A stretch of DNA of 64,000 nucleotides from positions 7,836-71,835 of the IMG/VR virus record IMGVR_UViG_3300044655_001269; one strand, written 5' to 3'. Source of the DNA: a virus (taxonomy: Duplodnaviria > Caudoviricetes). Both the position numbers and the translations under genes were made by a program. The first letter of the stretch is position 1. Every line of letters starts with the position of its first letter. Below, piece by piece: positions 1 to 8,893 of the stretch. The notes beneath the pieces are model-generated. The model saw nothing but the letters and a program-made list of their open reading frames with translations, was not told the origin of the DNA and searched no databases.

Positions 1-1
1 A

Positions 2-199
2 TTTGACCTTATCAGTCATGTTAGAGGCACAGAGTATCTAGCATTCATTGATGAAACTGTAACTGAATTGGAAATACCTTTGAATGCTGATGACAATGAA
101 CGTGTTGAACAAGCATTGAATGATACTGAATTTAGCCACCCTTACTTATGGGCAGTAATTGCAAAACGTGCATTAGATGAACAATTAACAAACCAATAA
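2..199 (+). CDS. Hypothetical acidic protein, 3' part (truncated by window edge)
   Basis: Open frame from position 2 (FDLISHVRG...QLTNQ) to TAA at 197-199, followed by a small hairpin. Confidence 0.6.
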   Translation, partial: FDLISHVRGTEYLAFIDETVTELEIPLNADDNERVEQALNDTEFSHPYLWAVIAKRALDEQLTNQ

Positions 200-239
200 A
201 ACACTCACTGCCAAGGACGGCAACCCTAAAAGATAATGC

Positions 240-268
240 TTGACAATATTGCAATTATCTTTTAGAAT
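240..268 (+). promoter_or_regulatory. sigma70-like early promoter driving tRNA-Met, straddled by an inverted pair of CTAAAAGATAAT sites
   Basis: TTGACA(240-245)-N17-TAGAAT(263-268); 12-mer at 226-237 (+) and 254-265 (-). Confidence 0.75.
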
Positions 269-276
269 ATACAAAT

Positions 277-352
277 GCCATTATAGCATAACGGTTAATG
301 CCGCGTACTCATAATGCGTAAGATCGGGGTTCGAATCCCTGTAATGGCACCA
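277..352 (+). tRNA. tRNA with CAT anticodon (elongator Met or Ile2), encoded CCA
   Basis: Acceptor GCCATTA/TAATGGC, anticodon arm GCGTA-CTCATAA-TGCGT, TTCGAAT T-loop, 3' ACCA. G1-C72 is paired, so not an initiator. Confidence 0.92.
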
Positions 353-373
353 ACTAACATAAAGGTAAAGACA

Positions 374-514
374 ATGACAGCAAAAAGCAAATTAAAGATA
401 AGACAAGCAAAACGTGAACAATTCGTTGAAGACTACATAAGATACTTTCTATCCACTGGCATTGCGTTGAATAGAACCCAGTCAAAGAAAGTAATCAAAC
501 AGTTTTACTCTTAA
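374..514 (+). CDS. Small basic hypothetical protein (start moved to MTAKSK; the upstream part of the ORF call overlaps the tRNA)
   Basis: AAGG SD upstream of ATG 374. Confidence 0.55.
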   Translation: MTAKSKLKIRQAKREQFVEDYIRYFLSTGIALNRTQSKKVIKQFYS

Positions 515-540
515 GGGAGAAAGAACATGAACCAGATAAT

Positions 541-725
541 TCGTTGTGTTAAGGTAGTACCCGTCAATACAGGAGTAGTGCCTTGTATTGGCAACCCAGA
601 TAGATTAGCAGGAGTAGTGCCTTGCGGATCTATCACCCAAAGGAGGCTAGTATCGGAGTAGTGCCTGATATTAGCACCTGATGTACTCTCACCTCGCCCA
701 GTTCTTGTAGCTGGGCATTTTTTTG
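541..725 (+). ncRNA. Candidate small RNA: three hairpins each with loop AGUAGUG, then an intrinsic terminator
   Basis: Hairpins 565-590, 599-634 and 646-675 have unrelated stems but the same GG-AGTAGTG-CCT apex; terminator GCCCAG..CTGGGC plus T run at 696-724; no ORF. Confidence 0.65.
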
Positions 726-738
726 TCTAGGAGATTAT

Positions 739-1401
739 ATGAAGATAACAGAAAAGAAACAATACTGCTACGATATGTTAAATTCCAAGGTCGAATTGGA
801 TACTAACTGGTTAATACAAGAAGTGTTTAGTAACCATGAAAATTGGGACTTAAAATGCGGAGATGGTGTGTCGCATATATCAATAGCCAAATCACCAAAC
901 CATCCGACTAAATGTTTTTATATCCATCGTGTTGACGGTACGTTTACTGATATAGGAATAGGTGCGGCATTATCACCACCAAAGCCATATCAGAAAATTG
1001 CAATGGCTTGCAGAACCGCAATACTTCCTAGTATAGACCTATTCCGAGAAACCGTTAATTATGGTAAACAACAATGTACAATAACCAATACCGTGTTAAC
1101 ACGGGATAATTCACACATAGACCATCATACACCACAGTTTAACGAGATAGTCAAAGATTGGATAGCTAACGCATCATTTACTTACGATGACCTTGTGTTT
1201 ATTGTCGATAAAGCCATTGATAAAAACGTCGATAACAGTAGTATAACATCATTCACTAATCAAGAATTAGCAAATGATTTTAGAAAGTATCATGATTCCG
1301 TTGCAGTTCTTAGGTGTATAACTGGTAAAGAGAATCTCAGACGCGAGAAAACAACTGCATTAGCTGACCATTTTACTATTCTTAAAAATAGTAAAAGATA
1401 A
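739..1401 (+). CDS. DUF3223/DCL-like domain protein with C-terminal HNH-like motif
   Basis: TKCFYIHRVDGTFTDIG resembles DUF3223; later HIDH...H...N pattern; GGAG SD. Confidence 0.55.
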   Translation: MKITEKKQYCYDMLNSKVELDTNWLIQEVFSNHENWDLKCGDGVSHISIAKSPNHPTKCFYIHRVDGTFTDIGIGAALSPPKPYQKIAMACRTAILPSIDLFRETVNYGKQQCTITNTVLTRDNSHIDHHTPQFNEIVKDWIANASFTYDDLVFIVDKAIDKNVDNSSITSFTNQELANDFRKYHDSVAVLRCITGKENLRREKTTALADHFTILKNSKR

Positions 1402-1469
1402 TAGTTGACAACTGGGTATAGTTCAACTATACTATACCCACCTTAACAAAGCACTACGGAGTAATTAAA

Positions 1470-1883
1470 ATGGCAACAAGAAGCACAATCGCAATGGTAT
1501 TACCAAACGGAACAATTCAATCAATTTACTGCCACTGGGACGGCTACCTAGACGGGGTAGGTCAAACCTTAGCAGAACACTACAACAAAAGAAAAACAAT
1601 CCAACTACTTGCCAATGGTGACGTTAGTTCACTAAAAGATTTCGTAGGACATAAGCATGACTTCAACCGTTCAGTTAAAGTCAAAAGCACCACGTTCTAT
1701 GGACGTGATAGAGGCGAAACTGGCATTGAAAGTCGTAACCATGCCAATGTAGATGAATGGCTTAGATTCCGTGATGGTGGCGAATACTTCTACCTGCTAC
1801 AAGGCAAACAATGGTGGTATTGCAACTGCTATGATGTAACAGAACTAACACCAATAGTTATTGGATTATTAACAAAAGACTAA
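1470..1883 (+). CDS. Conserved phage hypothetical protein (IYCHWDGY family)
   Basis: MATRSTIA...SIYCHWDGY motif common in phage early regions; cassette leader. Confidence 0.8.
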   Translation: MATRSTIAMVLPNGTIQSIYCHWDGYLDGVGQTLAEHYNKRKTIQLLANGDVSSLKDFVGHKHDFNRSVKVKSTTFYGRDRGETGIESRNHANVDEWLRFRDGGEYFYLLQGKQWWYCNCYDVTELTPIVIGLLTKD

Positions 1884-1957
1884 AAGATAATAGTTGACAA
1901 CTGGGTATAGTTCAACTATACTATACCCACCTTAACAAGCACTACGGAGTAAACAAC

Positions 1958-2269
1958 ATGAAAGCATACCTAGACCAACTCGTAATGGTGAACGTATTAG
2001 ACTATAACCGTTCAGAATGGCAAGATGATATATCTTACTACCAAATCAACAAAGGTTTTCAAATCGCAGTAGTTAAAAATGACAAACAACACACAGTTGA
2101 TAAGTTTCAGTTTGATTACGAAACAGACGTTGTAACTGTACAAACAACGTCAGAAGTCGATAATGGCGAATGGGACGGTGAATGGTACTTGGAATTTGAC
2201 GACATAACACCAGACCAACTTATCATTGAACGAGTAACCAGAGTTACCCTAGAAGAACTACAAGGGTAA
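1958..2269 (+). CDS. Hypothetical acidic early protein
   Basis: Cassette promoter, leader and SD. Confidence 0.8.
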   Translation: MKAYLDQLVMVNVLDYNRSEWQDDISYYQINKGFQIAVVKNDKQHTVDKFQFDYETDVVTVQTTSEVDNGEWDGEWYLEFDDITPDQLIIERVTRVTLEELQG

Positions 2270-2354
2270 AGTGGCTAAAAGATAACTCAATCATCTTTTA
2301 GCCACTTTACCCGCTGTGACATAACACACCTATACGTACACGAGAGAGCAACCA

Positions 2355-2564
2355 ATGGAAAACGCACCCGAACTAGCCGCCACTATCATTTTTGCATTGA
2401 TAATGCTATCTATATTCGCAACAGTGCTAACCTTATTCATTAAGGTTGCTTTCTGGTTTGTTATGGTCGGATTGCTTATCTTTGGTACGGTCGGAATCAT
2501 TGGCAGTGGTGGCGCGGGATACCTAGTCATGTTAGCTGTCGGATATTACCTGTTCAAAAGATAA
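2355..2564 (+). CDS. Small membrane protein
   Basis: Almost wholly hydrophobic 69 aa. Confidence 0.65.
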   Translation: MENAPELAATIIFALIMLSIFATVLTLFIKVAFWFVMVGLLIFGTVGIIGSGGAGYLVMLAVGYYLFKR

Positions 2565-2568
2565 CACA

Positions 2569-2700
2569 ATGAAAACAATAATTGCAATACAATCAATCAT
2601 CATAATAACACTTTTAGCCATGTTGACAATGACAGTCGAGTATGATAACATTCTTCTCGAACCTGTTAACTTAAACGGGATAATGATTTACCCAACATAG
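2569..2700 (+). CDS. Small single-TM protein (43 aa, not in ORF track)
   Basis: MKTIIAIQSIIIITLLAML...; fills the gap between neighbours. Confidence 0.45.
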   Translation: MKTIIAIQSIIIITLLAMLTMTVEYDNILLEPVNLNGIMIYPT

Positions 2701-2709
2701 AGGCAACCC

Positions 2710-2898
2710 ATGTGTAGAAGAACCGATGGACTAACCCAGTTTGAAGTCTACTTCGAGAAGTACGATTACAACTTCACTAAACGTACCATTACCCAGTATG
2801 ATTATATTACTATATCAGATGAAGACAATGCAAGAAAGATGGCTCATTATAAACACGGTAGTGCGATTAACATAATCCATGTTAAACCAGCAGACTAA
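2710..2898 (+). CDS. Hypothetical protein
   Basis: GAGG SD; codirectional. Confidence 0.65.
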   Translation: MCRRTDGLTQFEVYFEKYDYNFTKRTITQYDYITISDEDNARKMAHYKHGSAINIIHVKPAD

Positions 2899-2946
2899 AG
2901 ATTATATTATGCGAGCGCGTTAGCGCGAGCTGTAAAAGGAGAAACC

Positions 2947-3192
2947 ATGAACGTACTAGATCGCATGAAAACAGACATCAACTCAGTGATAGGCTTAACA
3001 CTTAGCCTAGACTTAGGAGGTTCAAAGCCTATCATTGGCGAAGTAGTCAATACCAAGCAAAGCGAATGGAATAACCTCATAGACGGTGTAATGACTACGT
3101 GGTACTCGTATTCAGTATCTTTTGGCGACTGTTGTTATTATCCTGTAGATTGTTTAACGAAAGTTGTTGACAATGTAGGCATAAACGATTAA
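2947..3192 (+). CDS. Hypothetical protein
   Basis: AGGAG SD; preceded by a GCGA-stem-GAGC hairpin. Confidence 0.7.
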   Translation: MNVLDRMKTDINSVIGLTLSLDLGGSKPIIGEVVNTKQSEWNNLIDGVMTTWYSYSVSFGDCCYYPVDCLTKVVDNVGIND

Positions 3193-3231
3193 ACTATACC
3201 CACCTTAACAAAGCACTACGGAGATACAAAG

Positions 3232-3426
3232 ATGAGCGCATTAACTACACCAGAACAAATCAACAGATTCCAGTTATTAACCTTGAAATCAGCACTTGGA
3301 TTAGAAATCAAAGGATTGAAAGGTCGTGGAAAATCAGCAAACACAGTAGCTTGCCAGCTACTAGGATTACCAAAAGGCACGAAGAAAACAATTACATACG
3401 CATACTTAGTGCAAGCAATAGGATAA
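3232..3426 (+). CDS. Small basic hypothetical early protein
   Basis: Cassette leader and GGAG SD. Confidence 0.75.
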   Translation: MSALTTPEQINRFQLLTLKSALGLEIKGLKGRGKSANTVACQLLGLPKGTKKTITYAYLVQAIG

Positions 3427-3497
3427 AAAGAGTTGACAACTGGGTACATTGAGAATACAATGTACCCACCTTAACAAAGCACTACAGGACAAACAAA

Positions 3498-3686
3498 ATG
3501 ATTATCTTACTCGTATCACTTTACTTCACACCAGTTGACATGAACAACGATACACCAACTAAGGTGGCGCGTAACTTCACAACCACTGCTGAATGCGAAT
3601 CCTACAAAGCACAAATTACACCAGCATTAAACCACGCATTAGAAGAAGGTTTAATCGGATACGCGGCAACCTGCCAATCAAAATAA
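3498..3686 (+). CDS. Small secreted or membrane protein with Cys pair
   Basis: Hydrophobic N-terminus; cassette leader. Confidence 0.7.
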   Translation: MIILLVSLYFTPVDMNNDTPTKVARNFTTTAECESYKAQITPALNHALEEGLIGYAATCQSK

Positions 3687-3752
3687 TAGTTGACAACTGG
3701 GTACAGAACAACTATACTGTACCCACTTTAACAAAACCAAGAGGCACTACAA

Positions 3753-3911
3753 ATGAAAGAACTATTCCCATATCAATTTAACTTCATCGGTATGTACGGT
3801 ACAGAAGAAACTATCGTTATCAACGCGCAATCATCGACCAAAGCAAACGAGTTATTCGAGCAGTTCTTCCCATACGCAACCGAAGTAGAATTAGTTAAAG
3901 ACTTCGCATAA
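3753..3911 (+). CDS. Hypothetical 52-aa protein (not in ORF track)
   Basis: GAGGCACTAC leader, ATG 3753, MKELFPYQF...KDFA*. Confidence 0.7.
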   Translation: MKELFPYQFNFIGMYGTEETIVINAQSSTKANELFEQFFPYATEVELVKDFA

Positions 3912-3978
3912 AAAAGATTTGACAACTGGGTACATTCGCCTTTATAATGTACCCACCTTAACCAAAAAGAGAAAAACA

Positions 3979-4197
3979 ATGAAAGAAATCATAACATCAA
4001 TCATCTTATCAGTAATCACCTTAGCAAGTGCTTACTTTATCTATAGAGCAGTAGAACCAACAGTAGGCTATCAAGTAGGTTTCTGCAAAACTCTGTATAA
4101 AGGCAATAACGATAAGATAAACCAATGCCTAGACAACTATGACGAAATGCACAACCGTACTGGCATCTATGACGAAAATGGCAAACCAGTACAATAA
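3979..4197 (+). CDS. Membrane-anchored hypothetical protein (start MKEIIT)
   Basis: N-terminal TM segment; cassette promoter. Confidence 0.7.
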   Translation: MKEIITSIILSVITLASAYFIYRAVEPTVGYQVGFCKTLYKGNNDKINQCLDNYDEMHNRTGIYDENGKPVQ

Positions 4198-4264
4198 AAC
4201 AGTTGACAATGAAGTAATTATCTTTTAGAATATAACCACCTTAACAAAGCACTGGAGTATTACA

Positions 4265-4441
4265 ATGAGCATCTATCAAGAAAATGGCTACCAAAACCGC
4301 AAAGACTACTTGAATAACCTAGCAGATGACTTTGGCATCGACCGCGAAACAGTCTTCTTCTACGCAAGTACACTCGGCCCAGATGAAGACTTTGACGGCT
4401 TAGTTACAAACCTTGAAGACTTAATGCTAGAAGACCACTAA
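4265..4441 (+). CDS. Conserved small phage protein (MSIYQENGY...EDFDGLV; not in ORF track)
   Basis: Cassette promoter and GGAG SD; 58 aa. Confidence 0.75.
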   Translation: MSIYQENGYQNRKDYLNNLADDFGIDRETVFFYASTLGPDEDFDGLVTNLEDLMLEDH

Positions 4442-4512
4442 AAAACAATTGACAAATCTCGCGGGTAGGCATATACTACCCGCACCTTAACAAAACCAAG
4501 AGGCACTACCAA

Positions 4513-4671
4513 ATGAATATTGAACAATTAAGAGACGAATTAGTCGATGATGCACTAGATACCTGTTTAGAAGACGTTGGATACTTGAAAAGCATTTTAC
4601 AAAGTTACTTTGCCATCGAAACCGAAGACCGTATCATACAACTACATAACGAAGCATTTGGCGATAGATAA
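4513..4671 (+). CDS. Hypothetical 52-aa acidic protein (not in ORF track)
   Basis: GAGGCACTAC leader, ATG 4513. Confidence 0.7.
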   Translation: MNIEQLRDELVDDALDTCLEDVGYLKSILQSYFAIETEDRIIQLHNEAFGDR

Positions 4672-4737
4672 CTAAAAGATAACTCAATGCAAGGCTTGCG
4701 AGCGCAAAGCGCGAGCCTTGTAATCAAGAGAACGACC

Positions 4738-5349
4738 ATGAGAATAAAAGACTTAACAGAAATGTCAATAGCAGCATACGGTGAATGGGACGCGGATTTA
4801 GCCTATACAGATATTACAATGGGATATATGAAAAACAAATACACCCACGTCGGTACTATCCATGCGGCAGACCAAGACTTTCATATCTACAAATTAAGCA
4901 ACTTCTTTGAATATGTCATCGGTTTCGTAGCAGATACCTACGACATTAACCACGAAGACATAAGAACCAAGTTTAAAGTATCTGCTGAAATGAGCCTTGA
5001 AAAAATGCAAGACTTTGAACATTATAGTAACATACTAAGCGTTAAAGCCGTCAAGGTGGTCAGTAAATTGCGAAGTCGTGGTATCGCACCAGAAATCTAT
5101 AAATTCTTCATTAACGCAGGTTATACGCTAATGGGTGGCGAAGAACAATACTACGGTGCAAGATTACTATGGAAGAAGTTTAGCAACTCACCAATTTACC
5201 AAGTAGACATTGTAGACATTGCAACTAACACCATACTAGAAACCAATGTTAAATTACACCACGGTGAAGAAGACTACGACTTCGACCAAAGAGTTTGGGC
5301 TTATACCCCAGAAAAGAAAGACATTAGATTGATTCTAACTAAAAGATAA
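4738..5349 (+). CDS. GNAT-fold acetyltransferase-like protein with MRIKDLTE leader
   Basis: V..KLRSRGIAPEIY acetyl-CoA motif A; start moved to 4738. Confidence 0.6.
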   Translation: MRIKDLTEMSIAAYGEWDADLAYTDITMGYMKNKYTHVGTIHAADQDFHIYKLSNFFEYVIGFVADTYDINHEDIRTKFKVSAEMSLEKMQDFEHYSNILSVKAVKVVSKLRSRGIAPEIYKFFINAGYTLMGGEEQYYGARLLWKKFSNSPIYQVDIVDIATNTILETNVKLHHGEEDYDFDQRVWAYTPEKKDIRLILTKR

Positions 5350-5414
5350 TACTTGACAGTGCGTTAATTATCTTTTAGAATAGCACCACCTTAACAAAAC
5401 AAGAGGCACTACCC

Positions 5415-5603
5415 ATGAGTAACTACAGTCCAATTACCATTGATATGTACGAAGTCCTAACCCTAGAAGGTAGAATGAGATTACTTGACTATGTAGTAAG
5501 AGATTTAGAACAATACAGCGAAAGTTTAGAATACCAATTAGAACTAGATAACCTACAAGACGATTTAAAACCAGTAGTAAACCAGTTATTAAAACAGTTA
5601 TAA
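5415..5603 (+). CDS. Hypothetical protein
   Basis: Cassette promoter and leader. Confidence 0.7.
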   Translation: MSNYSPITIDMYEVLTLEGRMRLLDYVVRDLEQYSESLEYQLELDNLQDDLKPVVNQLLKQL

Positions 5604-5678
5604 ACAAATAGGTATGTTAGGCTCGCGAGCGCAACGCGCGAGCCTTGTACACCCCTTAAAACACAAATAGGCACTACC

Positions 5679-5807
5679 ATGAACAAACAACCTAAACCAA
5701 AAGAAACAGTCAAAGACCTAGCCAAACAGCTCGGATTCGACAACAAAACAATCCAGCTACTAAGCGCGGCAACCATTGGCAAAACAAATCCAAAATTCAA
5801 AGTGTAG
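5679..5807 (+). CDS. Small basic protein, 42 aa (not in ORF track)
   Basis: AGGCACTACC-ATG leader. Confidence 0.55.
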   Translation: MNKQPKPKETVKDLAKQLGFDNKTIQLLSAATIGKTNPKFKV

Positions 5808-5816
5808 TGCAAATCC

Positions 5817-5937
5817 ACTGGGCATGGAAACCTAACCAACGCCCAGTAACAAGGTGGTCAATGCGGGAGTAGTGACCCTAGTATACCACCACTGAAACAA
5901 CCTAACAGAAGTAGTGCTCTGTTAGGTTTTTCTTTTT
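5817..5937 (+). ncRNA. Second candidate AGUAGUG-loop RNA (two motif hairpins, the last doubling as terminator)
   Basis: Hairpins 5853-5890 (loop AGTAGTG 5868-5874) and 5899-5928 (loop AGTAGTGC 5910-5917) plus T run; CTGGGC/GCCCAG stem as in the first locus. Confidence 0.55.
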
Positions 5938-6016
5938 CTAAAAGATAATGCTTGACAACGAATCAATTTACGATTAAACTATACCCAACTTAACAAGCAC
6001 TACCGGAGCAAAAACC

Positions 6017-6439
6017 ATGAAAGCATACGAAGTAATCGACACAAGCACAATCCCAACTGGCGCGTTATTCATTAGCATCAAAGACAATCAAGTCAATGCA
6101 CACTATGGCGAAACTTGGATTATCGGTGATGACGTGTTCAGTATGTCAAGTTCAACTTATCTAGGCGAATCATTCACACCTGTAACCAAACCAACAGTCA
6201 TCGAATTGCCATTGACACTAAATGAAATAACCGACAAAGCACCACCACTATGGGCAAGCTACCTAACCGTATCTGGTAGCGGTAACGTAACCTACTGGGA
6301 GTACGAACCAACCAAAGAATCTAACACTGATGACTACGATTCTTACTTCTATGATTGCCATGTACTAAACGAATCAGTAGGTAAAACTAAACTACCTTAC
6401 TTCTACCAAAATTGCTACCATATCCACGATTTACTGTAG
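6017..6439 (+). CDS. Hypothetical early protein
   Basis: Cassette promoter, leader and GGAG SD. Confidence 0.8.
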   Translation: MKAYEVIDTSTIPTGALFISIKDNQVNAHYGETWIIGDDVFSMSSSTYLGESFTPVTKPTVIELPLTLNEITDKAPPLWASYLTVSGSGNVTYWEYEPTKESNTDDYDSYFYDCHVLNESVGKTKLPYFYQNCYHIHDLL

Positions 6440-6546
6440 AATTCACATTACCCGCTGTGAGTACACACCACTCACGCGGGTAATTATACATACATACACA
6501 TATAACCCAGCGAGCGCAACGCGCGAGCCATAACAAAAGGATCCTT

Positions 6547-6705
6547 ATGCTACTACCAGTTACCAACGAACAACACGAAACGATCTATATTAACACAAAA
6601 TACATCGTTTCACTTAAACCACTGGAAAACGGCACGGTCATTAACCTAATCACCGAAACCTTAACAGTCCACGAAACCATCGACCATATCAAAATATCAT
6701 GCTAA
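6547..6705 (+). CDS. FlbD-like small protein (not in ORF track)
   Basis: MLLPVTNE..TIYINTKYIVSL....GTVINL....TVHET resembles the FlbD family; AAGGA SD. Confidence 0.5.
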   Translation: MLLPVTNEQHETIYINTKYIVSLKPLENGTVINLITETLTVHETIDHIKISC

Positions 6706-6911
6706 AATATATCTTAATCTTATTGCTCACTGGGTGTACTGCTGGGCCTGTCTATGAGGCAACCTATCCAATCTATGAAACAGACACCACCTACATTCCG
6801 GGCCATCCAGTATACCTCAAAGAGTATAACTACGTCCCACATTATCGCTATGGCGACTATCGCAGAGGATACTACGATAAAAGACGCTACGCAAGACGCC
6901 ACAGATACTGA
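6699..6911 (+). CDS. Putative lipoprotein with Arg/Tyr-rich tail
   Basis: Lipobox LLTG-C. Confidence 0.6.
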   Translation: MLKYILILLLTGCTAGPVYEATYPIYETDTTYIPGHPVYLKEYNYVPHYRYGDYRRGYYDKRRYARRHRY

Positions 6912-7048
6912 GTACCCGCTGTGAGTACCCACGCCTATACGTGCATTATACATATATACGCACGTATAGGCAAAAATAAAGTTGACAATGGGTACATTTG
7001 CCTTTAGAATGTACCCACCTTAACAAAAGCACTACAGGAAACAACGCT

Positions 7049-7252
7049 ATGTCAAACTACATCACAGTTACTAAAAAACCTAACTTCAAAACACAACACC
7101 CAATCGATGCACTTGCGGCAGTCTGCCTACAAGTCTGCGGTGGTGGCTATACAGCAAGCCAAACAGCACAAGCAATGCAATTACAAAGCAAAGTACGCAC
7201 TGCTGGCAAAGCTACCAAAAACGGAATCACTATTGCCTTATCTTTTTCTTGA
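7049..7252 (+). CDS. Hypothetical early protein (start MSNYIT)
   Basis: Cassette leader. Confidence 0.7.
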   Translation: MSNYITVTKKPNFKTQHPIDALAAVCLQVCGGGYTASQTAQAMQLQSKVRTAGKATKNGITIALSFS

Positions 7253-7316
7253 CATTAGGTCAGATATCTTTTAGACTATTGCCAACTTAAACAAAAGCAC
7301 TACAGGAATTAAGACA

Positions 7317-7574
7317 ATGAAAAAAGATTATAAACCATGCAAAATCGTTTCAGATAAAACCACTGGCAACAAATACATTTATCTGATTACTGACAATAAA
7401 TCAATGCCAGACACGCTTGACGGCTTAATCGCATTACCAGATTCATTCAAAGTGACACTATACGTCGAACCCATTCTGAAACAGTTGAAAAAACTAGGTT
7501 ACACAGTAAAAGGCAGTCGTTTCCTGTCACAAAAAACAGGCAACGTGGAAACTGAATTGTTTATCGCAATTTAA
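7317..7574 (+). CDS. Hypothetical early protein
   Basis: Cassette leader. Confidence 0.75.
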   Translation: MKKDYKPCKIVSDKTTGNKYIYLITDNKSMPDTLDGLIALPDSFKVTLYVEPILKQLKKLGYTVKGSRFLSQKTGNVETELFIAI

Positions 7575-7643
7575 ACTTGACAATGGGTATATTATCTTTT
7601 AGACTATAACCTCACTAAACAACAGCACTACAGGAAATTTAAA

Positions 7644-7991
7644 ATGACTACTACAACTTTAGACTTAACTGCAATCCACACACAAGCAACATTAGCCGCT
7701 GAAACTGCGGCACGCGAATACTTTATCAATAAACTAGGTGGTGTTGATAAATTCGCCTGCGGTTTCGCTTGGGTTCGCATTGAACAACGCATTCGTGCCA
7801 ATAGCAAACTAGGTAAACAACTTGAAAGTCTAGGATTCGATAAAGGTTATACTTCAAAATGCTTTGAGTTATGGAATCCTAGCAGACTTCACGTTCAAAA
7901 CGTGGATACACTCGAAGCAGGCGCACAAGCATACGCAAAAGTCCTACGCGATAACGGCATCGAAGCCTATGCTTGCAGTAGACTAGATTAA
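7644..7991 (+). CDS. Conserved phage hypothetical protein (CGFAWV...SRLD family)
   Basis: Recognisable motif; cassette leader. Confidence 0.8.
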   Translation: MTTTTLDLTAIHTQATLAAETAAREYFINKLGGVDKFACGFAWVRIEQRIRANSKLGKQLESLGFDKGYTSKCFELWNPSRLHVQNVDTLEAGAQAYAKVLRDNGIEAYACSRLD

Positions 7992-8064
7992 AAATAAATT
8001 TGACAGTGAGGTTATAATCCATTAGACTATAACCTCACTAAACAAGCACTACAGGAAACAAACA

Positions 8065-8367
8065 ATGAAAGCATTAAAATCATTTACTACAGGTAGAACA
8101 TACGATGCAGCTCAAGTCCTAGAGTTTGCCATTCTAGCATCAATTCCAGATACTAATGGATTTTATGATAACGTCATCGTGTTTAATGACGCATCACGTC
8201 ACATAACAGGCGTTTCACGCATTTTCAATATCGATGCTACCTTAACAGGTAATGACGTATTAGCGGCTTATGATGCTGGTAATTATACAGGTATATCAAC
8301 AGACGAGTTTAATCATTGCTTATCTGACGATAGATACGCATATACAAAAGCAAAGTCAATGATTTAA
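8065..8367 (+). CDS. Hypothetical early protein
   Basis: Cassette leader. Confidence 0.75.
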   Translation: MKALKSFTTGRTYDAAQVLEFAILASIPDTNGFYDNVIVFNDASRHITGVSRIFNIDATLTGNDVLAAYDAGNYTGISTDEFNHCLSDDRYAYTKAKSMI

Positions 8368-8511
8368 TCTTAGATAACTGGCAGGCACACCACCTGCCAG
8401 TTACCCGCTGAAAGCATACACGTCTATACGCGTATATGAATTTAGATGTTGACATTAGGTACATTATCTTTTAGAATATACCCACCTTAACAGCACTACG
8501 GAGTAAACATC

Positions 8512-8805
8512 ATGGCAACATCAAAAACAGTGAAAGCAGTACGCGCATTTGGTGGCTCAAACACTTTTGGCGTAAACGTAGAAGTCGCGCTATCTGCTAC
8601 AGGCGCATGGTTTCAACGTGCCTATGCCTACAATGGTTATGCGAAAGCATGGACAAAATGGCAAGCATTCGAGCCTGTATGGTCTACGACCATTACCAAT
8701 GCCTACAGTGGCGAAGTATCAGAACGTGAAGAGCCTGCCCTGCAATATGGGTGGTCTGTCCTAAGCGAATACAAGGACGTTCCACGCTATCGCCTACCAG
8801 CGTAA
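8512..8805 (+). CDS. Hypothetical early protein
   Basis: Cassette leader. Confidence 0.75.
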   Translation: MATSKTVKAVRAFGGSNTFGVNVEVALSATGAWFQRAYAYNGYAKAWTKWQAFEPVWSTTITNAYSGEVSEREEPALQYGWSVLSEYKDVPRYRLPA

Positions 8806-8893
8806 AAAGATTTGACAAGGTGTGTAATTCGTGTAGAATATGCACCAAGTCAAACGGCTTGCTCTTTTCACTACACTTTATAGGATTCATACC

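Noticed and set aside
565-675. GGAGTAGTGCCT x3 as a mini-CRISPR array
   Set aside because: The repeat is only 12 nt and the intervening sequences are the paired arms of hairpins, not spacers; no cas genes.
565-675. CsrB/RsmZ-type sponge (repeated GGA)
   Set aside because: The GG is paired in the stem, one 5.9-kb copy lacks GGA, and the conserved part is AGTAGTG. Not excluded, but a weaker explanation than leader complementarity.
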